Source of the DNA: Dicyema japonicum
Taxonomy: Eukaryota > Animalia > Dicyemida
Length of the DNA: 64,000 nucleotides
Direction: 5' to 3'
Assembly: GCA_011109175.1 (NCBI GenBank)
Contig: RDEW01000013.1
Span: 1,184,767-1,248,766, forward strand
Every line of letters starts with the position of its first letter. The stretch's first letter is position 1. The position numbers and the translations under genes were made by a program. The notes beneath the pieces were generated by a model. That model had not been told where the DNA came from and did not search any database. It worked only from the letters and a program-made list of their open reading frames with translations. Of the stretch, positions 51,489-64,000 are shown one piece after another.

Positions 51489-51944
51489 AGGAGTTACAGG
51501 CCACTAGCGATGATTGGTATGAAGGGAAAGAAACGTCCACAAAAATCCGAACTCCAATTCCTCCGAGTCTCACTGGCAGCGTGGCTTGATTCCATGAGTA
51601 ATCCTCGAACCGGACGTTAAAGATACGTTTTGCTGTTGTACGGAAGATCTCGTTAATCTGTGCGAGTTGGTCACACTAGGTGAAATGAAACATGACAAAG
51701 CTTTTGAATACTTCTATTCTGAAAGTCATCAATTGTAGATTTTGCATTTAGTGTAATTTATTTCCAGTCCAGCATCCAACAGTGCAAGAATTATCATTTC
51801 CAAATTCCGGAAAATAGTATCCGGGGGTCCTCCGAGGACCGCATCATCCAGATAAATTGAGGGGCAAGCGCGTAAGTTTGCTGATTTTTTCTATTGCAAG
51901 ACATTTTCTAATTGTTTTTATTTTTTGACAATTTATTTTTAATG

Positions 51945-52260
51945 TTAACCCCGGATACACCGAAAAAGAAGTTAAAGTAAACAACTAATTAAGTGTATCC
52001 AGTTTCCACTTCTACAGAAACAGACTCTATCCGGAATCAGCACAAAAGGTAAGACGTCCATTACATGCAGTTGTGGAAACCCCTCCAGTGGAGTGGGGAA
52101 GAGCAAATGATCCTTTTTCGTGCCGGCCTGGCACTGGGCATCACCTAGACAAATGGATCACATGACGCCACTCTATTAGGAAGAGAAAGGATGGAACAGA
52201 CAAGCAAGCAAAAAACTTCAACCAATTAACCACGCAGCACCACATGGCGCCACGCGGCCA
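51945..52260 (-). mobile_element. SINE-like family B copy
   Basis: Near full-length match to 41602-41915. Confidence 0.8.
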
Positions 52261-53293
52261 CAACACTTTTAGGATTAATAGTAAAGAACAGAAATTAGCA
52301 TAATATTAGGAGATTTAATAATAAAACATATTCTGCATTTCTGATATGCACATTGGTCTCCTACAAGTTAGTGAGGCTGGGGTACTTAACTAACATTAAA
52401 CAGATAATTTAAATGTCAAAAATTGACATTTAAAAGTCGAGAGGTAACACTTATGTTACAATGACGGGACTATGTCGACAAACTTTTTCATCTCAATATC
52501 ATTCAACCACAAGTCGATATATAACATTAATCTTCCTTAATCTCATTAATGCCACAGTAATGACTATAAATGTCGCAACCTAGGTCAATGTTATGAATGA
52601 TCTCGTCTTTGATACTATTCTTGAAATGTAATAATAATCGAATTGATCGACAAATTTTTTTGAATAAAAGAAATCAAGAGCCATCGTGTCATTTTAGGTT
52701 CGCCTACACAGTCTCGTTCCGTTCAATTAACCTGATAAACTCTGATATGATCTGTTAATTAAAAGGAAAATCAATAAAGTCAAATTAACAAATCGTTCAA
52801 ACAGCCAAGAGACAATGACCCACTCAATGGGCTGTCGAAACCACAACGACTAAGATAGTCGTCTAACCATACCATGATAGCGTTTTTGACCCTGACAGTA
52901 ACACTTTATTATATTGCCTAAACTACAACAGTAATTATCGTTACTATGGAAACACAGTCATTAAATAAAAGGATTTAAAACGGAATTTTAAACGGAATTA
53001 TAAAAGGATTTTAAACGGAAAATGGAATTATAATTAAATTAGTCATTCATTAAAGGACGAATAACGTATCTAGTTGTGACTCGATTTATTTATCTAAGAT
53101 CACCTAGGGAGAAAGGTATCTAAGCCAATTAGATAAGTGATCCCAGTTTCTACTAACTCAAGACTCAATCAATATATTTTTGAAAACAAGATTTCAACCA
53201 ATTTATTTATTTAACAAAAAATATTTATGTAAAATAATTTAAATTTATTTAATATTTTTACAAATATAATTTGAATAAAATAAATTTAGTGCT

Positions 53294-55002
53294 ATGCGAT
53301 GTTTTTTCCGTTTTCTATTTCTATTTCTCCTCCCAATTGCAAAAACCGGTACGAGTCATTTTTTCTAAGATTTATCATTCATTCTTTATTTTCTAGATTC
53401 TGTCGGCATATTCTCAAATGAGATAACCCCCCAGTCTAGACACGAAGACTCACAGAAACCACAAAACAAGACTTCTACAATAATTTTCTCAAAATTTACT
53501 ACAAATTCAAATACCACGTTTTCGGCTTATCAGAGTCACGCTACATTAAATTTGAGTCACGTTTCGACAAATAGGGTCTCAATTCAACGCAGTCCGGCTC
53601 AGTTATCAACTCTAAGAAACTCTACGCTTAGTACTTCCGAACATGAAAACTCCCCTAAACCAGCTGTGAGCAGTCTGAATAGGCACACTGAGTCATCTAC
53701 TGTGGGTGTCTCTTCTGTGAAGTATTTGAATATGCCCAATGGTGGATTATCAGACATAGCCAATACATCCACTAGGAAAATCAATAACAATCGATATCCA
53801 ACTGTGAATATTTCTACTAGAACTGAGAATATGGCTGATCACATTGTCAGTGAAACCATTACTAAGGCCACAACGATGACGCCTGAAATGATCATCAGAG
53901 ATCCCACTGAGAGGATCACTAATAAATATTCAGCGAATATTACATCCCCCAAGGATAGCGAAACCATGGATTTGTCTAGTACAGTAACACGTCAACCGAA
54001 AACCACTCAATCGTCATCCAAGAAGATCTCTTATGCTAAATCCGAAATTACTAAGGAACATACGACCCACACATTTCAACCAAATACAGAAGAGCCAAAT
54101 GAAAGGATCCCCGACAGGAATTCTGAGTATTCTATAAGCCCTGATAGGACAACGAATAAATCTACTAAGGTCGTTCTTCTACCGAAAACCAGAGATTCAA
54201 GTGAGGGGATTTTTATTAAAGGCCCAGGTGAAAGAAGAGGTAAAGCTACTGCAGTCACATCTCGACCAAAGAACAGACACCCAACTGAAAAGATCTCTGA
54301 TAGGACTCTTGAAAATTCTAAAACCATCGGTAGGACAACAGCTGTATCCACAACGCTGACTCATCTACCTAACACAGGTAATTTCTCAACGGAGAGGATT
54401 ACTCAATCTAATTCGGACTTTAGTAAAGATTTTGATGATACTACAAATAAATCTACTGCGACTGGTCATCGATCCACTATTCCACATATTCATAACAAGA
54501 ATACGAAATATATTGCTGATACGACAAACAGGACAATTCCACATGCAAAAAATACTACATCCTCTAAATCACCAGTTGAACAGATTTCTTCTACTACAAA
54601 GAAGCTGATAAATCAAGGAAATGAGAGTACTCATAATAAAATCATTGGAATGAGCACCACAGGTAGTCTCAAGAATATCGAAAAATGGTCACAAAATTCA
54701 AACTCCACAACAGATGGCAGAATTTTGCCGCCAAAAGATTTAAAATTTAAATATGAACACGAGCTTTTTAGTGTGTCTAGTAAATACGTAATAATTGGTG
54801 CGTTTACATCAGTTTTAGTCGCCGTAGGTTTTCAGTTTTTTGATTTTTAGTAATGTTGTTTCTCTGCACATCCTTGTGGCGCAAAATATCAATAATTAGT
54901 CGTAAAGGACACTATAATCCTCGACAGGCTGAGTATGAAGCATCTGCTTTTGTGGATATTTGCACTACTACCATGCTTGCCAGACGAGAGCGACTTGTTT
55001 GA
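53294..55002 (+). CDS. crb: Crumbs-like type I membrane protein with a Ser/Thr-rich mucin-like ectodomain. Exons 53294-348, 53397-54827, 54851-55002; 545 aa
   Basis: Signal peptide MRCFFRFLFLFLLPIAKT; ~460-aa S/T-rich region; TM YVIIGAFTSVLVAVVMLFLCTSLW after removing a 23-nt intron; tail RKISIISRKGHYNPRQAEYEASAFVDICTTTMLARRERLV*. An alternative in-frame acceptor exists at 53369. Confidence 0.8.
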
Positions 55003-56839
55003 GTTTTATAGACAATCATTTTTTAAAAATTATGCATTTTTTGATTTGTAACCCACGTGGTTATTATCCATTAGGATCTTACTAGTGATTGTCTTTGATT
55101 GAACTAACTCGTTTGTTTTTTCTTTTTTAAACAGATTAATTGACTATCATGACAACTACTGAAGTCTAGACGGACTCTATGTGATCGATAGTTTTCAGTG
55201 AAATACCTCAATTGCTGAATCTCTACTAAGATATATTAGTGCAATGTTAAGTATACTTAACGCTACAAAGATGTACCTGATTACGCCTAAGTGTAATTCG
55301 AAGGTATATATTTGACGATGATGATCCTCACGACGCAGATTTTGGAATTGAACTGCTTTGAAATTATAATTTTAATAAGTGATCTTGTAGAATCTATTCT
55401 GTCAACAGGTTATATTGTCCACTTATTAACAACTTTCACTCCTTTTATATGGAGATATTTTCATTGACAGTAAAAAGACGCAGTCGAATTATATGATCGA
55501 TAATCTCTAATGAAATTTTTTAGTCGATAAATTTCTTGAATTTCTAGCCAACTTTTTTGACGGCAAATGGAAGTATTTGAAGTAATATATTTCACGATAT
55601 TAATCATTACAACTACTTTATGTGAAGACTTAACAAATCGATTTCGGAATTCAAAGTCATAACCGTGAAGAGTCCCTGTCAAGAGACAATCAACTACTTA
55701 TCAACGACTCATTTAATATACGTTACATGGAGATTTCACTTTTTTTCTTTAACGAGAGTGAGGCAGACCAATAGGGCTGTCCAGGAAGGATAATCTTCAT
55801 GGATTGGAAAGAATAGTGAGTCCTCATTGATTGTGAGGTAGAATCCACAACTAACCCCTATCTACTAGAAGTGGTATTTGCTATTAAAGAGTAAATCATA
55901 ACAGGTCAAAACTGGTACTTTTCTGTCATCCGCCAATATGAAAGTCAATATTCAACGAGTTTTTCTGCGAACAAAAGTGGATACATTTTGTAGACAACGG
56001 AGTCCCCCTAAGAGAAATTGAAAAATTTCGTACCATGGTATCGAGAGTAGAAGCAATTTCATGATCGGATTCAACAAGTTCATTAGTCATGTCGAGATTT
56101 TCATGTGTGTTTCCTGCAAAGAGAAAACTGATTATGACTATAATTGACAGACTAATTCTCTCTCCTTACTGAGTCATGCCGGCGCTTGTTGGCTGGCTGT
56201 TAAGTCAACTCATAAGTTGGGAAGACTCGTGTTGGATTGGGAGGACTCCATTAAATTTGACAACTTTTTAAACTACCGTTGAATAATTAGTCAAATGAAT
56301 CCCACTAGTCCGCTGTTAATATAAACAGTCGTCTTTTGGTAATGTGGTTACGTGCCTAGTTTCTGATTAGCCAACAATCAGTGAAGATGCCTAAAATAAA
56401 TAGTTACAAGAGGATGCTGACATCTAAAATTGGCTCTTACTGCAAATGCGGGGATATAAGTATTAGGCTGACGTGAAACTGGTTTTTGGAATCATAGTGT
56501 AGTGAATGAAATAAAAAATTCCAAAGACCACGGTAACACGGAACTATCAACGTGACCTCGCACGATCCAACTTGACACAATGTTTTTCCCTCGATCCCAC
56601 GCAAGTGCGTATCGGCCATATAACTGGATACTCGTAGTCACAACGACACGTTCCTCAGTTCTTACGTATAGGGACTACAGAGGCATTGAAGACTTGGACT
56701 TTCCAGAAGTTTATCTTTTCGTATTTTAAAATTTATATTAAATATATAAATTTATTTATTAAATAAATAAATGAATAAACGACATAATCATGTTGTTTTG
56801 CTTATCTTATTGTTTATGAATTAACAGAAATTGCTAGAA

Positions 56840-57470
56840 GGGACAATGACTATGAAGTCGCCCCTCAAATGTTCCAAAGAATGCTCAATTCCTTAATCTA
56901 CTGGTTAGAAGGACTACGCAAGAAGATGTCACCCATAAAATCAATTGTCGCCTCTTCATCACGTACAGACAACATTACTCATGGAGGCCTAAGACCACGA
57001 TTAACGATGTTACAATCTCTTTTACGGCCGCTTTAATCATCCTGGGAATGAAGTTTGATCAATAACTTAGATTCGCATGACATATTGAGATTCGCATGAC
57101 TGTTGATCTTGAAATGATCTCAAAACCCATCAGAAGGAACGCTGAGTTCCCTTTCCGCTGTGTATCAATAATTTGTACAAGCAGCTTAACCTACGCAAGT
57201 GAATCGTGGTCGATGGTCATTTTCCACTCCTCTCTTCTGAAACTGTCCGCAATCCTGAAATCCGTCAAAAGATTTTTCGGTTGAAGCTTTTTGTCTTCTC
57301 TATAAACAATTTTTAGTGGACTACTTCGCAAGTTTGTAATGGGGATCTACTCTGCCTAGAAGCTCCCTCATGAAGCAATGAGCAAATACCTAAAAAACCG
57401 TCCTAGATACGAGATAATCATATATATTTTCTGGAGAGCAGCTCGTCCACATCAGATAGGACCTCTCCTG
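56840..57470 (+). mobile_element. Highly decayed LINE thumb-region remnant
   Basis: ILGMKFDQ.LRF..HI and SLTYASESW motifs. Confidence 0.5.
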
Positions 57471-58599
57471 TGTCGGTGTGAGTTGAGTTAGTTAGGAACT
57501 TTTTCTTTTCTTTTAACCCGGTGCCCTCGGGTAATAATAATAACAGAAAGAAATAATTTATTCATTATTGATTTAAATTTAATGCTGTCAGTTGTAAACT
57601 ACATAAAACCGTCCTACTCTTTTGCTTAAGAATGAAATAAAAGGAGGGTTTTCCGAATCATTCAATGATTTAGCTGAAGCGAAAAATCTTCAAACGGACG
57701 ACTATTTCAGTGTAAACTGATCAACAAAACAAAAAATTCTTAATCCTTTTTCAAGAAGGTAAACTGCAAATATTTGGAAATAAAATCCTAACCCGTATTA
57801 GAAGACAAACTGGTAGGCTAACACAAGTTGGAAATATAAAAACTTCAACCCACGTGATAACTCAAATACCAGATTCTCAAAACTTAGAACAACTTCAATA
57901 TCAAAGAGTCTATAAAACGCGTTTAACGTATTTTATATTACAAGTATCATCTTTTATTCACAAGCCAAAATCACGGTGCATTATCCAGCACTTAACACAG
58001 AGTCTTGAGTGTTCGGTAATTTTAGAACATTACTAAGGTTTCCCCTAAACCGATTGGCAAGGACAATGATATCAGTCACTCAAAAAACTTGGATCAGTCA
58101 GAATGGAAGCCAGATATTTGGCCTTCTAATGACAAGGTTACCAAGCTACCTGGTTTTGGTTCTCATGGTCTGACTGAACTGTATTATATCGATCAAAGAT
58201 TAAGTTCCTAATGGGTAAATCTAGCAAAAAAGTTGATTAGAATTAAAATGGAATAAATATAAATAAGGTCAATAAAGTCAATTTTTAGGAAAAGTCTCAA
58301 TTATGGATAAAAGCATTAACACCTAAAGAGTACCCCTCATGACAGCGAGACCAATGTTCTAGAAAATCCACCGTGTCATTCTAAGCTCTCTCTTCCTACA
58401 ATCCACGGCTTCCGAAAATAAATAACTAGACTCATTAATTATTTTAAACAGAAAAAACTAATAACTTGTTATTTTAAATAAAATCAGATTAAAAGACGGA
58501 AAATATATTTAAAAAATGTGGTGATTCAAGTTTACTAGTAAAAACGAATCAGAAGGTTGAAAATCTAAATCAAGTCAACCGTAGCATTATCTACTAAGG

Positions 58600-59330
58600 T
58601 TTAGCAAATTTTATTTTTACTGCTTGTCTCAAATAATAATCAACTTTTCTTAATTATTGAGGAATTCTTAAATCAATTGATTTAGGATAAAATATAGAAA
58701 ATGGGTCAAATATGCAATTTAAGTAAAAAATAATTTTATTTCTAAATAAACTGAAATGAAAAGATAGAAAAAAGTAGAAATCAACATGAAATTTCGTTGC
58801 AATCATAATTTTAAAATAATTCAGGTGATAGGATATTTTAAGAAGGATTTTGCATAATGAATGAAAATAAATAAGAATTCATAAGAAAAATATCAATTTA
58901 ATTCCAAATTTATACTGGTAATTTTTTTATAATTTTTTTCTTATATTTTTTAACTATACCAGATATATCTGAAAATGTTATATCCAATTCTCAGATCGGT
59001 GTGAGACGTATCTTTTCTTAGCATCACGTTTTTGAGTATCCGCCATTGAGAACCTTTTACTGAATTAAGGAAGAGGAGGATTATTTTTGACGCCAGCAAG
59101 ACATTAGAAATATCCTAAGTTTGAAAATTTAATTACTTTCATAGGAATACAATAAAGCAAGAAGTATGAAAGAAATTCTTCGAACAAGTAGGTACCGATA
59201 TGAGAATCGAGACCTCAGCTAAATGCGACTGAAAAAGCTCGTGAGACTGAAACTTTCAATGACTATAGATGATTGAGAATTAAACGAACAATTGATAAGA
59301 TCTATAAAAATCTGAGAGAACGAAATTAAG
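58600..59330 (-). repeat. Diverged inverted copy of the unclassified repeat at 15060-15720 and 21600-22210
   Basis: Reverse complement matches catatttgacccattt, gtataaatttgg, catcacgtttttg and gatctataaaaatctgagag. Confidence 0.6.
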
Positions 59331-59585
59331 ACTAAATAATAATACTGCACTTTACGAAGAGCCATATTATGTATATCTCCTTCCAGGCAAGGCACACACT
59401 TTATTTTAAGTAAATAATTGTTATCATAACTAATCGATGCGAGTAAGACTAAAAAAAAGAGTAGGACTAAACAATTCCCATTAACCCAATAAATAGTCCA
59501 ATTGTAACTAATGACTATCTAGATGTCCTGGTAATCGTTGAGTAGCTTTTTCTGATCCATAAATTCCTATAAATAAATAATTTGA

Positions 59586-60710
59586 TCAAACATTGTCGTA
59601 TAATTCGGTATTTCTCGATTTATCTAAAACTTTTACCAAAGCAATTAACCCTTCTAAGAAATTTAACCGAAAAAATCACAGTCGATATTACGATCAAGAA
59701 TGAGAAAATCGAAATGGATGCAACAATTATAGCCATTCTTTTATTATCAATCTACTAATGAGTAGCATTTATTACCCAGTTATGAACTTTATCAGCAAAG
59801 TAGACTAAATCTCACAAAACTAGAAACCTTTCTGATGATGAATCGAATTAGCTTTCTGCTTTGCTTTATCCACATAGATGTGGTAAAGAATCTTGTTGTA
59901 TTTTCGTAATGAATCTTTTATAATATTAATGAATCTTTATACTAGGATGATCATTTTTATTTAGGTCACTGTGCTCATTTCTTTCATGATAGTTAATATT
60001 TTCGGACAACTGATGTTTTTGATCTGAGTCTTCGTTTCTATGATAATTCCTGTGATTTTCACGGGGATAAAATGCTTTATAATCTTCTTCTTATTGTATT
60101 CTTGGGGATAAAAAATCATTTTTAGTACGTTTGGCCTCATGGTTTTCATGAGGATGAATGTGATCTATATTGTGGTTTTTCTCATGGCTGTTGCGAGAAT
60201 AAAAACGATTTATAAATTTATCTATACTACGAATTTCTTCACTAGTAGAATCTAGAATTAGATTGAACTTCAACCCATAGATAATTCATTTTCATAATCT
60301 GACGGTTTCACAATGCTTTTCGAAATTTTCTCTGAGTTCTGGGATACTTTAGTCGCTTCTTCGTTCGATTGATCCTGACTTTTTGCTGATGTTGTTGTTT
60401 TTTCTTCAGTCGATTCTTCGTTCGATTGATCCTGACTTTTCGCTTGTGTTGTTGTTTTTTTTTCAGTTGCTACTACTCTGATTGGGGCCGTTGTGGTTTT
60501 TTCTAATAGTTTGTATAGAATTAAGAATATTTGTTGAATTAAAATAATCTAACCTTTCCGATGAAATCCAAACTTACTAAATATTTTCGCTTAAATAAAT
60601 TTTAAAAAATAATACAAATTAGATCTTTAATTTTGAAACTTTGACTATTCTGAAAGAGTAGTAATAGACTCAATATTATCATCTAAAAAGTTGACTTAAC
60701 AGTAAACCAT
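59586..60710 (-). CDS. Longer paralog of the 87-aa membrane protein, with added Thr/Ser- and His-rich ectodomain exons; several small indels
   Basis: Same ATG-only first exon, signal exon, FHxK exon, 9-aa W exon and 34-aa TM exon. Ends ELYDNV* after a 1-nt correction. 57-bp tandem repeat at 60357-60470. Confidence 0.6.
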
Positions 60711-60869
60711 TCTATCTGTGTCTCTTTAAATAATATGCTTTATTTATTAAAATATTGGTTCTCCACTGTAAAATTTATCATTATTCATTAAATAATTCAA
60801 ATAATAATAAAATACCTTTTTAGATTAGTTTTCGTAAATAAAAAAAAAGTTTTCGTTATATTATTTTAA

Positions 60870-61040
60870 ATGCAAACGATGTCATCATTCCTTTAGGAAC
60901 AGTTCCCTCTATGGCGACTACACTAGTTCAGACATACCTTGATCGTATGATGAATTGGCTAAAATTCAATAAACTGTCTGTGTCATCATTAAAATCTAGT
61001 TTCACCTGTTCACGTCTTATAGTCGGTACAAAAAGTACCT
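60870..61040 (+). mobile_element. Small non-LTR RT remnant
   Basis: LVQTYLDRMMNWLKFNKLSVS resembles the post-YADD segment at 9500. Confidence 0.45.
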
Positions 61041-61948
61041 GAAGTCTTGTCAATTAGTTCAGCATGCTGCCAGACGCAAAACCACATGGGCTTGCTACAG
61101 AAACAAAAAAATAAAATAAATATTTTAAACTAATCGATTACATACTGTGTAATTGGACACTCAAATGACGACTAGTGGACACCCATCTCATGGAGTTACA
61201 TACGCAAACAACAGTGAATAGATCATAGTCACCTAGCTAAGACTCCGAAAGGTTTATAAAATAACTTATGTGAACTGTGATAAACTCGGGAAAAAACATT
61301 ATATTACTGCAAAAATCTCTGCAATTTCTGCAGAGTCCGGGATTTTTAAAATAATCCGAAGGGCACAAAGTACGGGTGACAATACTCCAATCTTTTCGAC
61401 ATGTTCTTAAGGTGTTTTCAAATGTTCAGTCTGATATGGTTTACCATTTTAGACATCATTTACCATTTATTACGCCTCTCACTGTTTTGGATCACGAGAC
61501 CTTTTTAATCTCTCGATGGAGTGTATTTATTCTGCATTTGAGGAGACCTCAGCTCGCCTTAATTCATAGCCTTAATTAAGTTCCAAATTGAGAGATATTA
61601 AATAAAAAAGTTCCAATCACCACTGTAAAACCAAGTAGAATTTTCTCCTGGTGGAGTCCTGATCTTTTTCAAGTAAACTACATGCCTTTGTCACCGTCCA
61701 ACGTGGAACTCCGTCAATTTTTTTGGCATTTTTATAACATTTTTCCTGACTCTAATTATTTGATTTAGTCAAATATACCAATTTTTTTAAATCCATTTGA
61801 TGTCTGGTCATAATTAATCCGGAAAAATATTATATAACGATTAAATTTTACTGTTCTATTCAAAGGTAAGATGGCTTTCGAAAGGAAAAGCTCTAACAAG
61901 AGTTGTGGAGTTGTATGCAGCTATAATATGTATTTTAATGACCATGGA

Positions 61949-62270
61949 AATAATAATAATAATAACAGCCTTTTCACGAGAGCAATAATATTTATAGCTC
62001 CGCATAGGCAGGACACACACTTTATTCAAGTAAAGAACAGTTAATTTTAACTAACCGTGGAACCAAGGAATGCTTTTTACTTCTTTTTTCTTTTTCTTGT
62101 GTGTGGGCCCTTTCTAGACAATCCAGTTCGCAGTGAGGATCCATGATGACGGCGTCACTCGTCAAACCCTTTTAGCATCGTAGATTCGTGGAACCTTCCA
62201 CCAGGTGAACAGCAGCGAGAATCGAACCCGTAACCTAAGTCATTTTAGCTCGACACCTAACCACTATGCC
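61949..62270 (-). mobile_element. Full-length family A tRNA-SINE with 12-bp TSD AATGACCATGGA
   Basis: TSD at 61937-48 and 62271-82; A and B boxes; (ATT)n tail. Confidence 0.9.
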
Positions 62271-62291
62271 AATGACCATGGATATCAAAAT

Positions 62292-62890
62292 TTATCCAAA
62301 TTGCTCGAATCCCCTGATAACCATCTTGTGGTCGCTGACAGTCGTCGAGCCTTCATATGAACGTGCGTTTACTAGAAGGTGTTTGTCTTTAGCCCGGCAT
62401 ATGACATAATCTATTTGGTTGTATATTGGGACCAGCTTTCCCTCTGAGTTCCTTCGCTTCCCATCCACGTAGTTTTGTGGCAGGCAGGATGCGTAGATGC
62501 AGTATTGCATAGGAAAAGGTTGTTTGCCATACAAAAGTGACCAAGTATTGTCCCGGGTAGGTTTCTTATTCCACGTCCATGTTCTCCCAAGAAAACGTCA
62601 TCCGGGTTATTCTTCATCCCGATTTTTGCATTCAAATCCCCAGCAATGAGTATTAGTGATGACGACTCATATTCGTTGTACGTTTGTAACAGTGTTGAAT
62701 AGAAGTCGTCTAGTTCTGTCGGATCTTTCGCTACTCTCCCGCAGTGTGGCGCATAAACATTTACAATTGTCAGAAAGCTCTTCGAAGGAGGTAAGTCGTT
62801 TAGCCGGATTTGTATAACACAGATCCTGTCATTCACACTCCATATACGGTGGACTGCACTTGTCAACTTTGAGTATATGGCAAATCCAAT
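62292..62890 (-). mobile_element. RTE AP-endonuclease fragment, a different subfamily from the 12.4-13.2 kb copy
   Basis: NVYAPH, DDFY, IAGDLNAKIG, IYNQIDYV and SDH motifs. Confidence 0.85.
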
Positions 62891-63249
62891 TTTTTGAAAT
62901 AATTAATAAAATAAAGTTAAAAATAATTAACCTTACGATTTATTTTTTATCTTTTTAACTTGATAATTTTTTCTTAAATATAGAACGTTTAAAAATAATG
63001 AAAAAAACAGAATTTGTTAAATTTTAATGTAAAATATGAAAATTTAACTTTATTAACTTTATCACCCCTAGCTATAACTTATACTCAAACATAAAACTTA
63101 AACCCTAACCATAAACCTTAGTCCTAACTTTAAACCTTCACTGTTGGATTGTGACGGGAATAAATATACTAAATTCATTTTAATTAATATTTATGTTTTC
63201 ACATTTAATAATAATTTCTTCATTTTCAGCATCGATAGATCCCTCGTCG

Positions 63250-63960
63250 ACATTATAATCTTCACAAAAAAGATTTCGTTCTCGTCGAGCATTTATGTTT
63301 GAATCTTTTTACTGAAAATTGATTCACATAAATATTTAGATCCGAACATTGAAGCGTTTTTATAAGCATTTGTAAGTATATTCGAATATTTTTCTTTGAT
63401 AAGTAAACGTAAGTCAATTTATTAAGAAGAGAGCAATTTGTCATATAGCGGCTGACTGACTGCGTGGCTATTCCCTTTCAGGATGGCAAGCGAGATTCGC
63501 TTAAATAACCTATGAGATGAACTATAAAATTGCATTAAATTTGCAATCTTGAGATCTGAGGTAAATTCCATATCTGATTGAAGGTCTATCAATTCCAATT
63601 GGAGTGATGGTGGAGCATTCTTAGGATTTATAAAAATTTTCATTAATGGCAATATTTCATCAAAATTCTTAAAATAAACTTAATTTAAATAAACCTTAGA
63701 GCGTTTTTCGAATTCTACAATAAGGTGACTGATAAAAGAAGTATAATTTTTAAAATGAACCGCTGGCTTTATTTACTCTCAAAAAGTGAAATGGGTCGTA
63801 TCTTTGACTGCTATTTGATCTCTCAGAAAATTTAATTTCGATATAAAAGAAGCAATTGATCCATAGTTGATGAAAAAATTTGGATTGCCGTTGTAATTCA
63901 CAATTCAACGAGGATAAATGAGAGGATAGATCGATCCAAAAAACTAAACAGGTAATCCAC
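63250..63960 (-). mobile_element. Decayed hAT-like transposase C-terminal region
   Basis: LQLELIDLQSD motif typical of Charlie/SPIN-type hAT proteins. Confidence 0.55.
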
Positions 63961-64000
63961 TCCTAACTGTTCAACAAAGCATGATGTTTGTAGTCTTTAA

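Larger units (their letters stand above)
49165..51900 (-). mobile_element. Internally deleted CRE-clade (RLE-type) non-LTR element split by a MULE. RT part 51498-51900, endonuclease part 49165-49385
   Basis: RT part: YLDDAVLGG..GLEINYTKC and WNQATLPVRLGGIGVR. Endonuclease part: RDGKRPDG..KPLVWDVACTDT..AAEKAE..KRKKY. Confidence 0.8.

Noticed and set aside
63095-63135. Telomere-like ccctaa-type repeats (also ttaggg at 45135)
   Set aside because: Few, degenerate and interstitial; no array.

Overview
AT-rich eukaryotic DNA, most likely from an animal, dense in decayed transposons. There is no prokaryotic operon structure, rRNA, intact tRNA gene or CRISPR array. The supplied ORF track misses most real genes because they are split by very short spliceosomal introns (mostly 22-30 nt), which I reconstructed by hand. 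Host genes: (i) a tandem family of at least 5 small secreted Cys-containing proteins at 1-24.8 kb, partly inside a ~6.5-kb tandem duplication; (ii) an intact 87-aa single-pass membrane protein with 5 micro-introns (30.5-30.9 kb) and a longer paralog (59.6-60.7 kb); (iii) an intron-bearing TPR pseudogene; (iv) a FAM92/CIBAR BAR-domain gene with 7 micro-introns, one of them GC-AG; (v) a 545-aa type I membrane protein with a mucin-like ectodomain and a Crumbs-type tail (GxYxPxxxEY...ERLV). Mobile DNA: RTE, I/Jockey-like and CRE non-LTR retrotransposons; MULE, pogo/Tigger, Merlin and hAT remnants; a tRNA-derived SINE with an RTE-type tail; and a modular SINE-like group whose ~61-nt core folds like an HDV/CPEB3 ribozyme with apparent compensatory changes. 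Micro-introns combined with ciliary and polarity genes suggest a dicyemid-like animal (inference only). Several frameshifts fall in homopolymers and may be assembly errors.
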